This document shows, in pieces, positions 26,074-46,538 of a stretch of 64,000 bases of DNA. The translations under genes were made by a program, and so were the position numbers. How positions within the stretch are numbered: the stretch's first letter is position 1; every line of letters begins with the position of its first letter. Under the pieces are notes generated by a model. It saw only the letters and a list, made by a program, of their open reading frames with translations. It was not told where the DNA came from and searched no databases. Source of the stretch: Balanoglossus misakiensis. Lineage: Eukaryota; Animalia; Hemichordata. Where the stretch lies: positions 10,007,846 to 10,071,845 of the forward strand of contig CM082577.2 of the NCBI GenBank assembly GCA_040954595.2, in the 5' to 3' direction.

Positions 26074-28175
26074 CTGCAAAAAATTACAAGAGACTTTAAT
26101 AATTAACTTAACGCAGTTACCCCGTTCTTGTTTATTTTATTAAGATAAATATTGTTTTGCTGAAATATTCATACCGGTAGATAAATAATGAATAGGGCCT
26201 ACATTGTTAATTTTTCCAATCATCCCACACCCTTCATCTATCATTAATTGTAAATTCGGTTTAATTCATTAACATAATTTGATTAATATATCACACACTT
26301 GACAGGGCGTGCAATAAATAAAAATGACCTGCTTTTGTTCTTTGAGCTGGTTTGAGACTAGATGTGTCTTGCAGCTTCATATCATGCAAGCAATTGCCAG
26401 CGATGACAGTTCAGTGCCGTTGTATTCCAATATAATTGTAGTCATTTTCCTGTGGTATAATAGACTGTTGAGATTTTCGTCATTTTCTCACAAAGAAGGT
26501 AAGTTAAAATAGCATATATGCACCTGAATAGTGTACACCGACTCTTTGCATTTTGTCATTTTTCTCCTGGCTGTTTTGTTGGAAAATGATGGGCTTTATA
26601 GTTCTCGCGATTTTGAAGGCCTAATTTTACTTGGTATGCCAGTATAAAAAACGTGTTTTCAACCACTTTCGCTTATTTTACAATTTAGCTTAAAGTTTAC
26701 TTGTGAACAGAATGATTCCAAGTTCTATAGTTTATTGGGGTAAAACATGTGGAATGCTAGATCAAATGATCAAATGGACGGAAAGAATGAACTTTGGAGC
26801 GAGGAATGGCAATCTCTACGTACAAAAAATGTACTTTATGATCTATACTAGGTGATGACAACGTCAATACTATATTTTTTATCGTGCACTTAAGGATGTA
26901 CGTGCAGAACAGAAACCGGAAAACTGTGCGCACTCGTCTTTTTCCCGTTGGATTACATTGAAAATTGCTAGAAAACAAACTTCTACTATTGTCATTTTCA
27001 CGAAATTTTACACATAGCTCAGTCAAGTAAATATAAATTCATTGGTCAATTAAAATCGTGTGGTCATCGGGATCTGTTTTCGTTAAAATTTTCGCCCATA
27101 GACAAACCATTGGCGAGTCAGCAGTTTTCTTCTATTATCGACTAAATTTATGGCTCTGTATTTCTATTTTATATTACAGACTTTCATTATACATACACAG
27201 GATAATCCAAAATTCAATCTTTAAAAGAAATGACGATACTTTCAATTTTGACGAACGTACATCCTTAATAATGTGGAATAATGACGCCATCACTTCTGTC
27301 GCCTCCAGGGCCCGTAGTGAATCATACCTTTTTTCAAGGGTTGGTCTCTCCGAGTTTTTGGGTGTGCAAGAAAAAGAGGAAGAGCGACGGAAAGAGGGAG
27401 GGAGGGAGGGAGAAAGAGAGAAAATAATTGGCTCTGACGCAGTATTTGATGATGTATTTGTTCTGTGTTTTGTAGATTTTGTTGAGCTGTATCGTTTTGT
27501 GACTGTACCGTGTAAGTAATTATCAGCATACCTTCTGGCCCTTTCAGTCAATCCCAATTCGTTTCTATATGGTCATTTTAATTATCAGGATAGCCAGATA
27601 TGATTCACATTATTATTGAACTGAATAATGCAAGTGCTGTCATCACCGACTCTTATGAAAATTTAAACGAACTGTCGATCATTTCGGAATAAAGTGTACA
27701 TGCATTATGCAAATCTAATACATGGATTCTACTTTGTGATGAAGGGTATTATCTGCATCCGGCCATGTGATAATGTCATTTTATGGAGCCACATTAATAT
27801 TGAACTGAATAATGCAAGTAATGTCATCACCGACTCTTGTATAAATTTAAAAGAACTGTCATTTCGTACTAAAGTGTACATGTATTATGCATGCAAATCC
27901 AATACCAGGTATACATGGATCCTACTTTGTAATGAAGGGTATTTATCTCCTGCAGTAGTATGCGCGTCGAACGTCTTCAACTTCTTCTCAAAACGACCGC
28001 CATTCTTTGTGTTGGAGAATTTTTTTCTGAAACTCTGATTCTGAGGCGCATATACCTGAAGTGTAACGTTACGTCATTCCTGGGATACTTATAAATCGAG
28101 GTATTCACGTTTTTTTTTTCAACAGGATACAGACCAAAATATTTTGAACACTGTGATGTGCTGGGTGGCCTCGCC

Positions 28176-34153
<5,978 letters not shown>

Positions 34154-35134
34154 ACTTTCGGAGCACTAATGGTAAAATGCTTACGCGAAAAGACGCATTG
34201 GCTCTTTCACGAGAGAGGCACCAGATGGATGTCATCAGAAACATTCTTCAGATATTTGCTATTGAAAATAAATTTGCATCATCTTTAAAGTAACACTTAT
34301 ATCTATTAGGAATTTAGATTTTTCATCGTAATCACTTCATCATCCAATTGTTTTCATTCAATAAGGCACAAGACCAGTAACTCATTTCCCATTGGTCACA
34401 ATAGTGGCATTGAGCTCAATATTTCTATTTGCACGTTTACATGTAAATATACAGGTTTGTTTGATCTATGTGTAAGAATTCCAAGTTGTGTCTTCTGTGC
34501 AATTAGTAAATAAGGTTTGAACTAGACTCTATGGTTGTCGCTGTGCCTGTTGATAAGGAATGGAACTTTCATGCTAACTGCGTGCAGTGTCACACAGTCT
34601 TGGAGCATGACCAGGTTTGAACCTGCAGACGCCCAACCAAACCACAGTTACCAGTCAAAGTGTATGACAGAACTGTATATACGAGTATGTACCCTATACA
34701 TGGAACCAATCCACAGAAATGAGAGAAAATATTTGATTAAAACACTCAACTCCATTGGATCCTTTGCATTGCAAAATTTTCTACTTTATTGAAAATTCAC
34801 AAGTAGTGCTACACACAAAACAGTTATAAAGTTGATTAGTTTCTGCATAAAAAATACATTTATTGTCTCTCAACTGTATGTAACTCAATAATGGTGTCAA
34901 TCATGTTACAGTACGTCCTCAGTCTAAATGTGAAAAGTTTAAAATGTAGAATATTGGTAGACATAGAGAGTTCACTTGCAGTACATTAGCATTCATGTAT
35001 ACAAAATTCGTTAATAAGTATTAATTGCTTATATCATGGAAATATAATGGTTATACGAAGGGGTTTCACATCTCATGGTTAATATTGTTAGGTCATCAAA
35101 TTAAACGTTATTGGCCTTTTTTGGTGAAGCCGTC

Positions 35135-38100
35135 TTATTTTTCCTTTGGAGGCTGAAGTGCTTTCTTCAGAGCATCCAGTTTGGATTTCTTCTGCAGTTC
35201 TGAAGCCACCGAGTCTTTTCCTCCGTTGGCAGCTGCTGGTTTCTCCTGACGTTCTGAAAAGTGGAGCGTTTGAAATGGCCGATTATGTTTATGTGTCTCA
35301 ATTCCTGTCAGTGCGCCCTCTAAGCCCATACGACGCGCCACTGACTTAACAAACGCACTGGCGCCCCAATGCATGCAAAGGTGTATAGGGCTGACTCAGA
35401 GAAATTTTCAGAAATCCTCAAATTGACTCACAGCTTAGGCTTTTTCAAATTATATAAGAGGTCAACACACAGATTCCTGCCTGTATTGTGTCGAACGTAC
35501 ACACAATTAGATTGTTGAAAGGTTTCTCACGAACCAACCGTCAAAATTGACCACACACTACTTGCAAGTCGGGAAGCTTCACTCATATCTCTATAATGTC
35601 GGTAAAGCCAAGCTATACAATGTAAGCATATGTAACTTTTTATTACCTTCAGTGATTTTCGATTCCTTCTGCAAGAGGCTCTTGGCTGGCTTTTCCTGGC
35701 GTTTGTCTCCTGCGACTTTAGACAGCATTTCGCGTGCTGCAAAAAAATGCAAGTGACTTAGAGTAATAGATGAATTAAAATTGTACAAATCCGCCATCAT
35801 ACCATGTCTTTTGACCATGTGGTTTACACTTTTCGTGTTGTAACTTCCACTTTACGTACTACATGTACCGTACGGTATATACTCACAAGAAAATGTTCAT
35901 CCCCCCAAACATGATGTATTGAGCGCTAAAATCATCATCAGAGATTATTTGAATTCAACAACAACAACAACATCAATCAACAAATTTATACGGCGCCAAA
36001 ATCCTGTTAAGTGGCACCTGACTACGTTGTGGTAAAGCACGCATTATTGTTACCTGCGTTGATTTTGGATTCCTTCTGCAAGGTGCTCTTTCGAGCTGGC
36101 TTTTCCTGACGCTTATCTCCTGGGTGGTCTTTAGACAGCATTTCGCGTGCTGCAAACATTGCAAAGGGAATTTAATAATTAACTTGTACAAATTCACCAT
36201 CTTAAAGGGACAGAGTCTCTCTCTCGCTGCCCTTTTTCCATTCATTATATGTGATACATGTGGATATATAGCGAATCAACGTTCGCCCACACACAACTTC
36301 CATCCGCTTGTATGAAATGAGAGTAATCGTGTCTTGTATCAAACATAATTAATAGAAAATGGCAGCCAGAGAGAGACTTTGTCCCTTTAACATGCATTTG
36401 ACCTATTTGATGCGGTGTTCACTTCTCATTTTGTAACTTCAATTTTTACGTACTCTATATACTCAGTAAATTTGCATTTTCCCCCAAACATTAATTACAT
36501 CTGTCCATGTTGTGTTAAAACATGAAAAAAACATGTGTATCGTTACCTGCGCTGGCTTTAGTTTCCTTCGCCTGCAAGATGCTCTTAGCTGGCTTTTCCT
36601 GGCGTGTGGATCCTAAGTCACTTTTCGACTGCAAATCGCGTGCTGCGAAAAGAACAATAGCAATATACAAAGATCTGTCATCTCACATCTTTGCTGTGAC
36701 GTGTTTGTGATTCAACCTACAACACTAGCAATAAATGGCGAATGTTACTTTAATCTCGTATTCATCCTTGTTTCTTAGTATGTCTGGGACGGACATCATT
36801 GATCTGCATATCTATCTGGCAAACTCGGCCCTCACCGCTCTCCGTTCTAATGTCAAACAAACGCGAACATACCGTATCTGGTTCCACAGTCGTAGCAGTC
36901 ACTGCCATAGGTACATATGCTGTAGTCAGAATTAGCGCCCCCGTCGTCACAATCTCCGTCGTAGGCATAGTAACAAGTGTTCGAACACTGTCCGGAACCT
37001 GTGAAAAGAACATTTCAATTTACTGCTATGAAACAAAATCATCAAGAATCTTCTTCTATTTAAAAATGCCTTTAGCTGACAATGAGAATATCTGTCTCAG
37101 TGTCTTGCGCCCTCACCGCTCTTCGTTGTTATGTCAAACAAATGCGAACATACCGTATCTGGTTCCACAGTCGGCGCAGTCACTGCCATAGGTACATATG
37201 CTGTAGTCAGAATTAGGCCCCCCATCATCACAATCTCCGTCGTTGGCCCAAGAACAGCTGTTTGAACACTGTCCGGATGAACCTGTTAAAAGAACATTTC
37301 GTGTTACAAAATTGTCAAGAATCTTCTGTACGAAAAATGTCCGTACAATGCAGGGCGCCATCACCGTTCACACCTTTTTTTAGCCGACCCAGTCAGCTTT
37401 CACCCCAGTTACCCCTCTATAGAGGTCCAACTTTGCCGTAGAAAACAAGGGATTTGGATCAAACAATGATGGTGAAAGGGTTAACGGTAAAAAAAATAAC
37501 GTGAACATACCGTATCTGGTTCCACAGTCGTAACAGTCACTGCCATAGGTACATATGCTGTAGTCGGAATTCGGCCCCCCATCGTCACAATCTCCGTCGT
37601 AGGCATAGCTACAAGTGTTTGAACACTGTCCGGATGAAGCCTGGGATGAACCTGTTAAAAGAACATTTCGGGATACAAAATTGTCAAGAATCTTCTGTAC
37701 GAAAAATGTCCGTACAATGCAGTAAGGCATAGTAACAATCGTTTGAACACTGTCCTGCTAAAAAAACAAACATTTGAATTCATGCCCATGCACTCACTGA
37801 GACTCTTCTGTAATTTTGTAATTTTGGATGAGGCACCATGACTGATACATGTTACATGTCTGGCGGTTCTAAGTGAACCAAGGCCAAACTTTTACTGGAT
37901 GCTGCAAAAAATTGTTTGCTGTCACCTGGAAATGACAATGCCGTGGGTCACATGGCCAGATCACGTGATTCATTTGATAGGATTCAGTTGTCTCTCCTAA
38001 AAACTTTGATGTTTACCTGATCCAACGCTTCTTGCCCCACAATCGTAGCAGTCTGATCCAAAACTACAGACGCTGTATTGAGAACCATATCCACCGTCAT

Positions 38101-40041
38101 CACATTCGCCGTCATAGGCCCAAGAGCAGTCGTTGCCGCATCCTGAGGTTGATAAAAGGATATGGCTGCGTTCATAATGTTTAAAGGGACAAAGTCTCTC
38201 TCTCTCGCCGCCCCCTTTCTATTAATTATGTTTGATGCAAGACACTATTTATGTTATTCTATATGTGCATATACAGTGAATCAACATTCGACCACACACA
38301 ACTTCCATCCCACTTGCAGACTCAAGAGTGAAAAGCTCGCCAAAATGAATAATCGGTGTTTACCATTTATTCATTTTGGCGAGATTTTTACTCTCATATC
38401 CTACAAACGGGATGAAAGTTGTGTGTGGTCGAACGTTGACGCAGAATCAATATATATCTACATGTAGAATAACATAAACGGTGTCTTCATAATTAATGAA
38501 CAAAAGGCAGAGAGAGAGAGACTTTGTCCCTTTAAGTAACTGATCCAGGAATTGAGATAAAAATCTTGATTCGTTTAACCACTCTGTTGTGATGAGATTG
38601 ATATTTTTTGTGTACAGTTTGGTTTAAAGTGTCTTCGCCATGCGCTTGAATTTCAATCGAAATCTCTATCGAAGGAGCATTTTCAAACATTGCCTAACGT
38701 GTCGATTAAAAAAAAAACATTTGCGCGGCGGCGAAATTTGCCGGTTTTCTGAACACATGTCAAGTCTGGCAATTCACACTCCACACCAGGCAGTGGACCT
38801 TTGCACACGGGCCTATACTGTCCTTCATGACGCGGAACGGGCCACGTGTGTGTATTTGCATAATCTGAGTTGACCAACATCACTCAAGCCACTGGTAAAC
38901 GTCGAATTGTGCTGCTGCTCCGAGGAACTTTGTAAAATGAACCGTTTTGAAAACGTATGAAAACGTCAAAGTGGCAAGAAATCTACTGTAACCCACAGGA
39001 AAGACATCTAGACATCAGTATTAAATCTTTAGTAGCGTCTGCATTCACCTGTTACAGGGGAAACCCTTGATCCGCAGTCGTAACAATCGCTTCCATAGGT
39101 ACATATGTTGTACTGAGATCCCGCGCCGCCATCGTCGCATTCTCCATCGTAGGCCCAAGAACAGCTGTTTGAACATTCTGAGATTGATAAAGGGGAGAAA
39201 ACAATAAGATTGCGTTCAGAGACGGTGAGCAGGGGGGGGGGGGGAGGTCGGGAATGTTTAAAGGGACAAAGTCTCTCTCTCGCTGCCCTTTTTCCATAGA
39301 TTATGTGTGATACAAGACACCATTTATGTTATTCTACATGTGGATATATGGTGAATCAACGTTCGACCACACACAACTTCCATCCCGTTTGTAGGATATG
39401 AGAGTAAAATTCTTGCCAAAATGAATAAATGGTACACACCGATTATTCATTGTGTTCGAGTTTTTCATTCTCGTGTCTACAAGCGGGATGGAAGTTGTGT
39501 GTGGTCGAACATTGATTCACTATATATCCACATGTAGAATAACATAAACAGTGTCTTGTATCAAACATAATTAATGGAAAAGGGGCAGCGAGTGAGAGAC
39601 TAAGACTATTATTGTTAAAGTTTAGCAGTTTTGGGGGGCACTTCAATACTTTGTCGATACATTCAATAGCTAGGATAAAACAGACATACTGGTACACATT
39701 TTAAATGGAAGTTAACATTTTGGTTACCTGTACCGCCAGAATATCTTGATCCACAGTCGTAGCAGTCACTTCCCAAGGTACATATGCTGTATTGAGATCC
39801 CGATCCGCCATCGTCACATTCTCCGTCGTAGGCCCAATAGCAGGAGTTTGAACAAGCTGGGGTGGGTTGAACGAATAGCAATCATTTATAGACACCTAAG
39901 TACACAGATACATACATACACACACACACACACATACACACACACACACACGCACGCACACACACACACACATACATACACACACACGCACGCACACACA
40001 CACACACACACACGCATACACGCATACATACATACATACAT

Positions 40042-40072
<31 letters not shown>

Positions 40073-42502
40073 TACATACATACATACATACATACATACA
40101 TACATACATACATACATACATACATACATACATACATACATACATACATACATACATACATACATACATACATACATACATACATACATACATACATACA
40201 TACATACATACATACATACATACATACATACATACATACATACATACATACATACATACATACATACATACATACATACATACATACATACATACATACA
40301 TACATACATACATACATACATACATACATACATACATACATACATACATACATACATACATACATACATACATACATACATACATACATACATACATACA
40401 TACATACATACATACATACATACATACATACATACATACATACATACAAACACACACACACACACACACGCGCGCGCGCGCAAACACACACATACACACA
40501 CACACACAGGGAGACAGGAGTTGGTGGGCAGAGTGATCGACAAATACCCAAACAAACATAGAAATGGTGTGATTACTTACACACATCTCTTTCGGTCTCT
40601 TCACGTTTCTAAGAGAGAATGGAAAATTTGTTACAATGAGTATAAGTGTCAACATAAAGAACTGGCTTCTGTTGGTTTTTTCAATCATAAATCTTCCACT
40701 TTTCATCAGCAGCTACAGTAAACTCCGCAGTTGACATTTGAATTGTTTCTAATTTGTTACTTGGCAACGTCGAACACACAAAAAGGGGGCCCATTGTTGC
40801 CCTGTCGTGTCCGCAAATGCATTTTTACAGTTATGGCATGGTAACCCTTGGTTGCTATGTCTGCGTTTCCAGCCCCCAAGAAGACAACATATTGACTTAT
40901 CTATACTATAGGAGTGCAACGGAACGCAGCAATGAATCAATAACAAGTACTGACTGTCGATTTATCAACGTTTGAAAATTACTCCTTAGGACCCCCTAGT
41001 GTTCCTATTAAATAAGATTAATGCAACAGTAAGAGATTTAATTTATGAAATTACTCTGTCTCCAGTTTTTCTTAAAGAATAAATTGTTTTAGATTGTTTT
41101 AAATGGAACAATAGCTTAATTAATGCAGGTAGGACAGAAGTGGGAGAGTTTGATTGATAAGTTTGATAAGTAGGACCGATGCCAACGTGAACTATGTCTA
41201 TTCAAATGCCGTTCTTGTCTCCTTTTGGCAAATTTCACCTGAAGTATAATTATTTGCTTATTTATAATCTACATTACTTAACTCAATAGTTTTAGTAGCC
41301 GGTAGGTATGCGCCTTGGGTGTTTTTTTTTCATTCAGTGACACACAAAGTAATGAGGGCAAAATATCACGGCCATGACGTCATTGCCCTCAGATAGAAAG
41401 TCATGCATGCGTGCATGACCATGCCTGGGTCTCCAACCCGCAATCTACCGCTTGCGTATCAGGTACCACTCGCCACTAGGCCACGGTGCCTATCCCATTC
41501 TCAATCATTGTTATACCTCCGTGTGCATGCGCCTGGGTTCGCTTGAGTGGCTTTGGGCGTGTTTGTTACTGATTAGTTTGTTATGGTAAAAAACGAGCAG
41601 CAATAAAAGCCAGCAATCAGTGGTCAAAAACTAGTTTAAACTTTGCTGCTTTATATTTATCTGGGTTACAGTTTGCACGGCAGTCCTATACCCATCGTTT
41701 ATCTATACCACAAGGCCAAAATAAAATAATATGTGCTGTTCCGATTACCCGACCTACCCTAATTTTAACCCGCCGACCCTGACTTTTAAGAGCTTCTTAA
41801 ACCCGGGAGTAAAAATAACGATGTCAAATATACGTAATTTATGAAAATTGCGCAAATCACGCGAGAACTATGTCGAAATCAAGCGAGAACGACGACGTCA
41901 TTCTTCTTTTACGGCGGCCAGAGAAATAAAAAATGCAAAATAAACAAAAATCCCTACCTACCTACCTACCTACATGTACCCTATATTTGAAAACCATGAA
42001 ATCGGAAAAGCACATATTATATTTTGGTCCTAAGTTGACAAATGTAACTTGATTCGATAGTTTGAGACTTAATGGTTTTTCTCGCGGCCATATGAAATTT
42101 GTTCATAGCCTTGCCATACCGATAATTCCCGCCAACACTAGTCGTCAAAGCGATGAAGAACAACACGAGCCCCTTTTATACCAAACATAAAAAAACAGTG
42201 CGAAGTCCAACTAGAATTTATAGAAATTGAACAACTTTCAATGGGTATGGTTGACACACAATCGCAAAAATACCTTTTTAAATGTCGTCTGCGAAAATGA
42301 AAAGTGAATCTACAGGTTGTTTTGACAACATGTGTCTTAGGTACATGTACGTCTAACTGTGATTATGGTTTACCTGTGCTGTCTTTGCCAGTTCGTTGAG
42401 TTCACTTTTGCTGAGATCTGCCTTCTTGGCTTCGGGCTTTTCAGGCTGAGCCTGAACCAAAGCCGCGGCAGCCACAAGTGCGACAACAAACAAGCGAAAC
42501 AT
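35135..42502 (-). CDS. Secreted protein with six Cys/Asp-rich repeats and Lys-rich C-terminal repeats, ~445 aa; exons 42502-42374, 40608-40581, 39856-39728, 39177-39049, 38142-38017, 37651-37511, 37282-37154, 36998-36873, 36642-36547, 36149-36054, 35736-35647, 35253-35135
   Basis: Signal peptide MFRLFVVALVAAAALVQA. Six phase-1/1 exons each encode a CSNSCxWAYDGECDDGGxxSxYSICTxGSDCYDCGxR-type repeat; then AREMLSK..KRQEKPAKS.LQKESK repeats. The exons sum to 1338 nt in frame with canonical splice sites. Confidence 0.82.
36206..36386. mobile_element. MITE family A, internally deleted copy
   Basis: Same TIRs and TTAA flanks. Confidence 0.85.
38185..38531. mobile_element. MITE family A copy
   Basis: Same TIRs and TTAA flanks. 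Confidence 0.88.
39262..39601. mobile_element. MITE family A copy, right TIR truncated
   Basis: Starts TTAA|AGGGACAAAGTCTCTCTCTCGC; the body is homologous to the other copies. Confidence 0.82.
39910..40507. repeat. (CATA)n/(CA)n microsatellite
   Basis: Long CATA run with CA-rich flanks. Confidence 0.98.
41713..42032. mobile_element. MITE with imperfect TIRs
   Basis: AGGCCAAAATAAAATAATATGTGCTGTTCCGATT ... AATCGGAAAAGCACATATTATATTTTGGTCCT. Confidence 0.65.
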
Positions 42503-43058
42503 GTTGGAAACGTCTCAGTGTACCTGAAGTGGCGGAGGTTAAAGAAACCTATGCGACAAAACAGCTCCTTATATTACACCAGTGTCCCAAAATAATTTCA
42601 GAATGATTCCCGATTGGTGGGAAGTCTTGCGGTAACAATCACGTGTCATGGCAGCTCGACGTTGATTGGTCGAACATACTAGTAATTGCACGCATTATCA
42701 TGCATCTGTTTTTTGGTGACTTGGCAACGGTAATCAATCGCGCACCCACGCTCGTGGGCAGCACTGTATAGATCACGTACTGGTCAGTGGTTCTGGCGAG
42801 ACAGACAGACAGACAGACAGACAGAGTCATAGACAGAGCCAGTGCTAAATGCACAATCATGGCAGATTTAGTGAGCATGTGCAGATTAATTTGATCGCGT
42901 AGGCCGGTGTGGCCACGTTGGTGAGAAATAATTGAAGAGCAGCAGAGGAAAACATAAAATATTTAGCAATCATCATTTGAAACTTATAACTAGAGATATG
43001 AATGGTTTCATTGAATGACTCAATTAGTTATGGGAAATCGTTATTGAGATGTAAAAGT

Positions 43059-43127
<69 letters not shown>
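43059..43127. repeat. (CA)n microsatellite
   Basis: Pure CA run. Confidence 0.97.
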
Positions 43128-43131
<4 letters not shown>

Positions 43132-44019
43132 CCATTCGGCATATACCAACAGTGACTAGTGGTCTAGCCCGTCTGTATAGTGGCGGGTACAACGCTAGGA
43201 CATGCTACAATGTCCGCGGGGACTTCAAGAGGCGTTGAAAGCTCATGGTTGTTAATTTTGCTTGCATGACTGAGAGAAAAGTGCTTTGGACGCTGCTAGC
43301 TGCAACGTCGATGATATGACACAGTAGAAAGACAGGTTTATTCGTTCGAACCCGGATCATCGATATTGATTTGCGAGCGTAGTTAAGGGATATCGAATGT
43401 GCGTGGGTGCATATGATATGCTGGTCCCCCTGACCTCTAAAATGCCCACAAAGAAGTGTTGTTTGAAATCGGTGAAGTGAAATCCAAGCACTCGGAAAGC
43501 GTAGGAGTAGAGATACCTTACCGCCAGCACGACGAAAGATCGTACCGAAGAGAAATGCGTTACGCTTTTGACCCCGACCTGAACTGTGGCAGTTTATTAT
43601 TGACTTTTGTCCGCACGAAGAATTGTACCAGTCTTGAGATTAATTTATCAAAGGAAAAGTAAATGCTGAGAGTAAACAGAAATGGCATCCACTATATGCC
43701 ACCTGTTTTGTCAAAGAATTTGGATTTGAAATGGCAATTTTGGTTTTAAAAAAATAGTTATTAAAGTTAAAATGTTCTTGGCAACAGTGTTTGCGATTTC
43801 GTTTGGGACTTTTATTACGCGTTCGTGATCTGGAGGTTGTTTGGAACACATTACTGAAATTAATGGATTTTGGAACGGTTCCAGGATTGTCGTACAGTAG
43901 AGAGGGTTACATGTCACGCATACAAGGGACCATCACCAGAGATCGATTTTCAGAAAAACGATAGCCCTCCAATCGTTCCAATTCTTGCTGAATTAAAGCG
44001 CGCTGGGAGTCTTTTCACG

Positions 44020-44222
44020 AGAGTGAAAAAAAACACCGTCAAAGTGAATAATCGGTCTCTACCATTTATTCATTTAGTCTCATATCACACAAGCGGGATG
44101 GAAGTTGTGTGAGGTAGAACGTTCATTCGCTACATATACACATGCGCATTAACATAAACGGTGTCTTGTATCAAACATAATTAATGGAAAAGGGACAGCG
44201 AGAGAGAGACTTTGTTCCCTTG
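44020..44222. mobile_element. MITE family A, partial (right half)
   Basis: Shared internal sequence and the right TIR GAGAGAGACTTTGTTCCCTT. Confidence 0.7.
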
Positions 44223-45708
44223 AGACTTTGATTTTCAAGGTGTATGCTACCTTAAAGGGACAACACCACAATGTTATTACATGTAATTTGGGTTGCATTT
44301 CATTTCCTTATTTTCAGCCCACCAAAATCATCGGCTGAATTCATGCCCTGTGCAGGAACTCAACCACAAATACTTCTAAACATTTTAATTTTTGGGTCCG
44401 TACCAAAATTGGTGGTTTGTCTGTTTACAAGGTGTGAGTTGAGTTGCAACAATTTGGGATTCATTATATTTCTGTGAGCAGAACAACATAAATAGTGTCT
44501 CAGAGAAAGTAAAAGTAATCAAGCTAACTCAAGTAAAGATATCACAGAATATACAAATCACATAAAAAAACTTGATATTGTGGCAACTATAGTCTAGATA
44601 TTTACAGCCATAGCCAGAAACTGTGCAGAGTCACACCTGTTTGGGTCTGTTGGTATTGTTAAATCTTCCCGACGCTACTTATCTTTGAGGTTAAAAAGTT
44701 ATTGACTAACCCAGTTGTTCTGCTTCAGTGAATGTCACGAAACACAGTGTTGTTTGTCACTCAATACTTGTAAACCCGAGGGCAAATATTTAGCGTACAT
44801 GTACATGTAGGTGCATGTATAGATCACCCTCTCACTCCACGTCCTGACCATACATGTATCTCACAGTAAATTCTTTCACTTTCGATCTGAATCCCCTCTT
44901 TCTTGCGAATTTGGGTTTATGAGCATCGGTGACGTTGCCAAGTATCGTACTTTAACCTGCAACCGGTAGATGACCAAAGTGTTTAAAGGGGCAGAGTTGT
45001 TTATACTGCACATGTGCAAAGTTTCTGTTTATAAACACACCGTCAGCATTGTCGCCACTGTTCAGGGAGACCCTGCCAAAGGATTGAGATAAAATTTAAC
45101 AAACACTTTGTTTGTCACGATGTACATCACTGTAGATGTACATTTTACTGTAGTGCCGTAATACTTTCCTTCCCCTGGCTAACAATTATAAATATTCCAA
45201 CTTTTAGAGCAGCCAGCGACCCCAAAACCAAATGGTGTGTAACCAAGTCACGATTTACCCAGCCAAGGATGTCCAACTCGTGATTGCCTGTTTTGTACCA
45301 GTAAACACGATTTGTTTGAATAATGGTTTGTGACTAAGTTACTTTCCTTGGCCGAATTTATGGACGAAATGGGTCAAAGAACCTGGTGTTCCACATAGAG
45401 TGTGTTCCACATCGAACAATAAAAATATACGGTTTACTGAACATACCGTGAACCAAACTCCATTGACCAGTACACACTAATTTCTGATGCGGGTACCTAA
45501 TTTGCATGCATAATGAGGATTCTCAACCTCGTTATCGTACAGGGCTCACAAGTGACCGGCCGTTGACCTGTTTCTTTAAAATAGAGATTTTCGCTAACAC
45601 GCTTTTTCTGCTCAGATGTAGTCTCGGTTACCCTGACCCATGCATGATGGTCGATATTTGTGACATTTGATATTATGATATGACGATATAATAGAAAACT
45701 ATTCACCA

Positions 45709-45711
<3 letters not shown>

Positions 45712-45767
<56 letters not shown>
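45712..45767. repeat. (CT)n microsatellite
   Basis: Pure CT run. Confidence 0.97.
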
Positions 45768-45770
<3 letters not shown>

Positions 45771-46111
45771 CCCCCCACTGGCACTCCCCCTCTCTCTCTC
45801 GTTGATACGACTTTGATGACCCCGATGTTTTTTACAAGACCAGACCTACATTACATGTGTAAGCACTGTTTTCTATAAATGGTCAGTTGTATTTAATTCC
45901 AGACTTGAATGCGAATAACTCTGGTCAGTGCACATGACTTACAGGACCTCTCTGTGGCTCCATTTTTATGTAAACAAAATATATGGTCTGTCGGGCACGA
46001 CACCAACTTTCTTCTTCTTTATGACACCACAACACTTAAATGTGATGCATGGTTACCAGAGATTCACCGTTGCCAAGACTTCACACACACACACACACAC
46101 CCACACACACA

Positions 46112-46400
46112 CGGAACTGATCAGCGCTTTTTCGTCGAGCTTCACTTCACGTTTGAATGCACTCGGAGCGTTCTCGACAAGCGAATTTTGGATATTCTCA
46201 TTGAAAGAGGAAACTTCATGGGAATTTTGCAAGCGAATCAGCGAGCATCGGCGAGACTGTTGGGTGTTGGGCAGCGCCCTCACCGTCGGAACTCGATTTT
46301 GCTTCATGCATTCGTTTATGAACTGCAGTGACTCACGAATAGCAGGTTTTCAACGTAACAGATTTTGATAGAGCTTTTTACAGTTTGATCAATATTTTTT
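46112..46400 (-). mobile_element. Dispersed repeat, inverted copy of the element in the IFIT-like intron (48284-48612)
   Basis: Its reverse complement aligns with 48284-48612 (AAAATATTGATCAAA..GAGAACGCTCCGAGTGCATTCAAACGTGAAGT..GATCAGTTCCGT). Confidence 0.85.
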
Positions 46401-46538
46401 TGGAAACACACACACAAACACTTACAAACTTGCGAGCTCATGAAGAAATGGAACCGATTACCACATACACCACTGTTTACTTGTGCACACCTCAGGAACA
46501 AGTACAGGCGAACCCAGGCGAACCCACACTACAGCGTT

